Shown here piece after piece: positions 59,688-64,000 of a stretch of 64,000 nucleotides of DNA. Positions within the stretch are counted from its first letter, which is position 1; each line of letters begins with the position of its first letter. Origin of the DNA: Octopus vulgaris (Eukaryota). The notes under the pieces are model-generated. The model saw only the letters and a list, made by a program, of their open reading frames with translations, was not told the origin of the DNA and did no database searches. The position numbers and the translations under genes were made by a program. The stretch is from positions 48,918,001 to 48,982,000 of the forward strand of contig OX597826.1 in assembly GCA_951406725.2 (NCBI GenBank), read 5' to 3'.

Positions 59688-60253
59688 CTCTATCGCAGTA
59701 CAACTGCCTCCCCTGTCCATCTCTATCTATCTTTTCCTTCAGCTAACTTTTTAACCTTCCCCACCCCACGTCGTTAACACACTCTCTCCCTTTTTTTCTC
59801 ATTGTCTTTTTCTCTTGTTCTTTGCCTCTACCTTCAGCGGACCAAGATGACCATTTGGCCTAAGTGTAATGGTATTAATCACCTTTCTCTGCTTCCTCTC
59901 TTCTTTCTTCACTCCTCTTCATTCTCTCTCACTCTTACTCAGCCTCTCACTCACTCCACCCTCCACCTCTCTAACTAACTAATATATAACAGGTGAATGA
60001 ACAAGCAGATTATTATAAAGATATTTAATAATAAATAGATTACTTACATGCTTGCTTTAAGGCAAAATGCAAAATATCCTTCAAAATAATTGTGTGCCCC
60101 AGCAAGGCCATGTTTTAATGACTGAAGCAAGTAAAAGAATAAAAGAATATATGCATATAATTTATTGTGCCATTATTAGTAGAATCAATGAAAATGTATT
60201 ATCTCCAGTGAGAGATAAACGTCATTTAATATAACCATGTATATTTGAATTTG

Positions 60254-60701
60254 AATAATTGCTTGGCAACACCAGGCATGCTATATAAGCTTGTCAGTTT
60301 ATTGTGTTTTCTCAGCATGAAACTAATAATAGATTAACTTAAACGCAGTGTATACTAAATGATATATATATACATACACATATAAAATATGAATTAGAGA
60401 TGAAACCACTATTAGGCAACTCAAACAGTGATAGAAAAAAACCAATACATAAATAACAAATTATATAAATATAATTAATATAATATATAATATATATAAT
60501 TTTTTTTTCTAAAAGTATAAAAAGAATGATAAATATAATATAATATGTAAAAACACTACGTACGTTTCATGGCTATATATATATATATATATATCATTTA
60601 GCATACACTGCATTTAGGTTCATCTATTATTAGTTTCATGGTGAGAAAACACAATAAACTGACAAGCTTATATAGCATGCCTGGTGTTTCCAAGCAATTA
60701 T
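60254..60701. repeat. inverted repeat (~115-bp arms) around an AT-rich spacer
   Basis: 60254-60370 is the reverse complement of 60585-60701. Confidence 0.85.
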
Positions 60702-60826
60702 TTATACTGTGAAATTTGATTTAATACTAAATCTAATTTTTCCCTGTAAGTTTGGAGCTATAGTCCCTAATATTATTATTATATATACATATATATATAT
60801 ACATATATATACATATATATACATAC

Positions 60827-60912
<86 letters not shown>

Positions 60913-62182
60913 TTGCTGTGTATACACATGCACATATATAAGTAAAATACGTATGTCTGATTATAGCTAAAATGGCCAAAACTTTGAAGTCACTGTCAGT
61001 ATTATTCTTATTAAGAAACTATAAATTTATACTCTACCAAAAGTACTGAATAATCCTTCAGTTTGATATAAATTGCTTTTATTATAACATAAAAACAAAC
61101 GTTAATATGCAAATAGATAGATGGCTAAAGAGAGAGAGAGAAAGAGGGGGAGAGAGAAGGGAACTGAGAGAGCCATTTATGCATCATACTTAATGAATTA
61201 CACTGTTGATTAGTCAGTTACTGTGGTATTCATTTGACAATTTCTCTTGTGGACATTCTAAATTAAAAACAATGTTTATCAGATGGTGCCATCAAGAACA
61301 CCAAATGTATTTCAGCCTATTTAGACTATTTCAATAGTATTCATTCACAGCTAGCCAAACTCTTGAGTGGGAATTTGTTTTTTCCAATATAATAAATAAT
61401 AAAATATTCACTCGAGTTTCGAATTTTCACCTGACTGAATAAAAATCTGGACTGCTTCTGATATTTATTGTTTTCAATGTAGCACGTCTATAAGAAAAGA
61501 TATCTTAGGATGAATATAATGAATGGTGATGAAGCTGGATTGGATTGCAAGGATATTTTCTCCCCATTTTTGTTTTGGCTACTGAGTTGATGTGTTGTGT
61601 CAGAATCAGCTTTCAGTATGCATACTGCTTCTGTAACTTGTTGAGGTGTTGGAGCTGTTTCTTTTGATTGTATTCATCTTTGTAATCTCTGGCCCTCCAC
61701 CTATACTCTGGAGCCATTTTTTCCTATAGATGTTCTGGTGGTTTTAACCATTTCTTTTTGTCTCCTCTATACACTGTGTTTCATTCCTATTGGTTGTATC
61801 CAGAGAATTGCATGGGCAGATGAAATCTTGTGCTTTCCTGCTCAGTTCGCAGGATGTATGCATACAAGACACATTTCTCATTACCCTACTATCAATATTT
61901 TTATGTCTGTATTGGTTGACATAGCAAAGCCCTGGGGATTGTGAATAGAGAACATAAGTTTCATATAATGTGAGTGAAGCAGCTTTTTCTTCTCACCTGT
62001 TTTTTAACCATAGTTTTCTATTTTTTGGGCTTTTGCTTCATCAGTACCTGTGGTTCATATTGCATTCTACTAAACAGTACATTGGGCAAGTTTCTTCTAT
62101 TACAAGCAAGAGCAAACCAATACTTTGTGAGTAGAACTTTTTGTACAGAAACTGTTCAATAGCCCATTGAATATATTATTTT

Positions 62183-62344
62183 GGCGTAGGAGTGGCTGTG
62201 TGGTAAGTAGCTTGCTTACCAACCACATGGTTCCAGGTTCAGTCCCACTGCATGGCATCTTGGGCAAGTGTCTTCTACTATAGCCTCAGGACAACCAAAG
62301 CCTTGTGAGTAGATTTGGTAGATGGAAACTGAAAGAAGCACATC

Positions 62345-62429
<85 letters not shown>

Positions 62430-62635
62430 TGTGTTTGTGTTTGTCCCCTCAACATCTCTTGACAACTGATGCTGGAGTGTTTATGCCTCCATAACTTAGC
62501 AGTTCAGCAAAAGAGACTAATAGAATAAGTACTGGGCTTACAAAGAATAAGTCCTGGGGTTGATTTGCTCGACTAAATGCGGTGCTCCAGCATGGCCGCA
62601 GTCAAATGACTGAAACAAGTAGAAGAGTAAAAGAG
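62183..62635 (+). mobile_element. full-length SINE family A
   Basis: head, (TG)n, tail ..GAAACAAGTAGAAGAGTAAAAGAG. Confidence 0.9.
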
Positions 62636-63408
62636 AGTTGAATTCCAATCCTATTGAGATCAAATTTTCCTTTCATCTTCCTGAGGTACCAGTTCAGAAG
62701 CAGGGATTGACAGAATTGTTAGAGGCATATGATATCTATTCTGGTTCTTTGCATTCCAAGTTCAAATCCAACTGACATCAACTTTACATCTCATCCTCAT
62801 GGGGCCCAAAATAAAATACCAATTAAGGACAACAGACTGGTGGAATTGTCAGAGTTTTTGTCTGTTGCATTGTGGTATCTGGTTTGATTCTTTGCCTTGT
62901 GAGCTCAAATCATGCCCCATTACTGAAAAATGGCGACGTCTCTGTCTGTAGTTGGGACCAATAGATGATATCAGTAATTTGAAAAATCCAATGGTTTTGA
63001 TTGAAAGATCAACTGCCACTTTTACCACCAACAACACACTCCACATGTATTTGTGCATGTGTGTGTGTGTGTGTGTGTGCACACATGTGAGAGAGAGAGT
63101 TTGTTGTTCTTTAAGACACTTGTATGTGCGTGTTTATGAGTTTGATAGGACACCACCAGTTAAGACGTGACCGATAGTACCAAAAGGATCAGAAATCTAA
63201 TCAATAACAAATAGATCAATAAAAAAAAATGGATCACCTGAGTGAAGCAGGTATGGGGCTCAATGCAATAGGGTGCTCGAGCATGGCTATAATCCAAAGG
63301 ACTAAAATCAGGAAAAGAATAAGAGCTTGTAAGTGGGTGTATAAAGCTGTTTGTAGGTCAGTATGTGTAATCTTTTATAGGTCAATGTATATAATCAATT
63401 CCGGATCA

Positions 63409-63536
<128 letters not shown>

Positions 63537-64000
63537 ATCACAATGAGGATATTTAAACCTACATTAATTAATTTAATTAATTTGTATCCATTAGATCTCT
63601 TTGTTTTCTAACTCAATAATGATATACATATATGAGTAAAAAAGAGAGACAGACAGACAGAGAAAAGGAAAATGTCCCTTGCATTTGAAAACTATGGAAA
63701 TATTTTTTAAAAAACATTTCATTTAATTTTTCCACAATTTATTTGTTTTTCATGCTTTACTCTATGTTCCAAAATTTCGCAAAGACTATAACCGGTACTA
63801 AAATATTCTTCATGATAAAATTACTTTAGCATTTTCTAATTTGTCTTGTTTTCCTGCTCACAATATACGGACACAGATGATGTGTTGGTAGCCAGTTGGA
63901 AAAGATGTTTTCCTGAGGCTAAACAGTAGTAACATTGTCCTAAGAAGGACTGCCACTTTGCATTGGTAAATAGACTTTACTACATATACATGTGTGTGTG

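Overview
Eukaryotic, AT-rich, gene-poor DNA. It is most likely octopus (coleoid cephalopod) intronic or intergenic sequence, inferred from the extreme microsatellite load and the tRNA-derived SINE families. No intact protein-coding gene can be supported, and nearly all listed ORFs are microsatellite translations. The window is a mosaic of simple repeats, at least three tRNA-derived SINE families, RTE-type LINE remnants, decayed mariner/Tigger/hAT/piggyBac DNA transposons and a Penelope-type GIY-YIG fragment. The main unexplained signal is a set of about 13 type I hammerhead-ribozyme (HHR) motifs from at least 7 apparently unrelated sequence families. They lie in short non-coding cassettes, mostly embedded in (TA)n tracts (several inside SINEs), with tandem-direct and 5'-inverted repeat architecture typical of Penelope-like elements/retrozymes. 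Several carry non-canonical cores (U3-A8 covariant, U4C, A6U). All motifs were read by eye and element boundaries are approximate.
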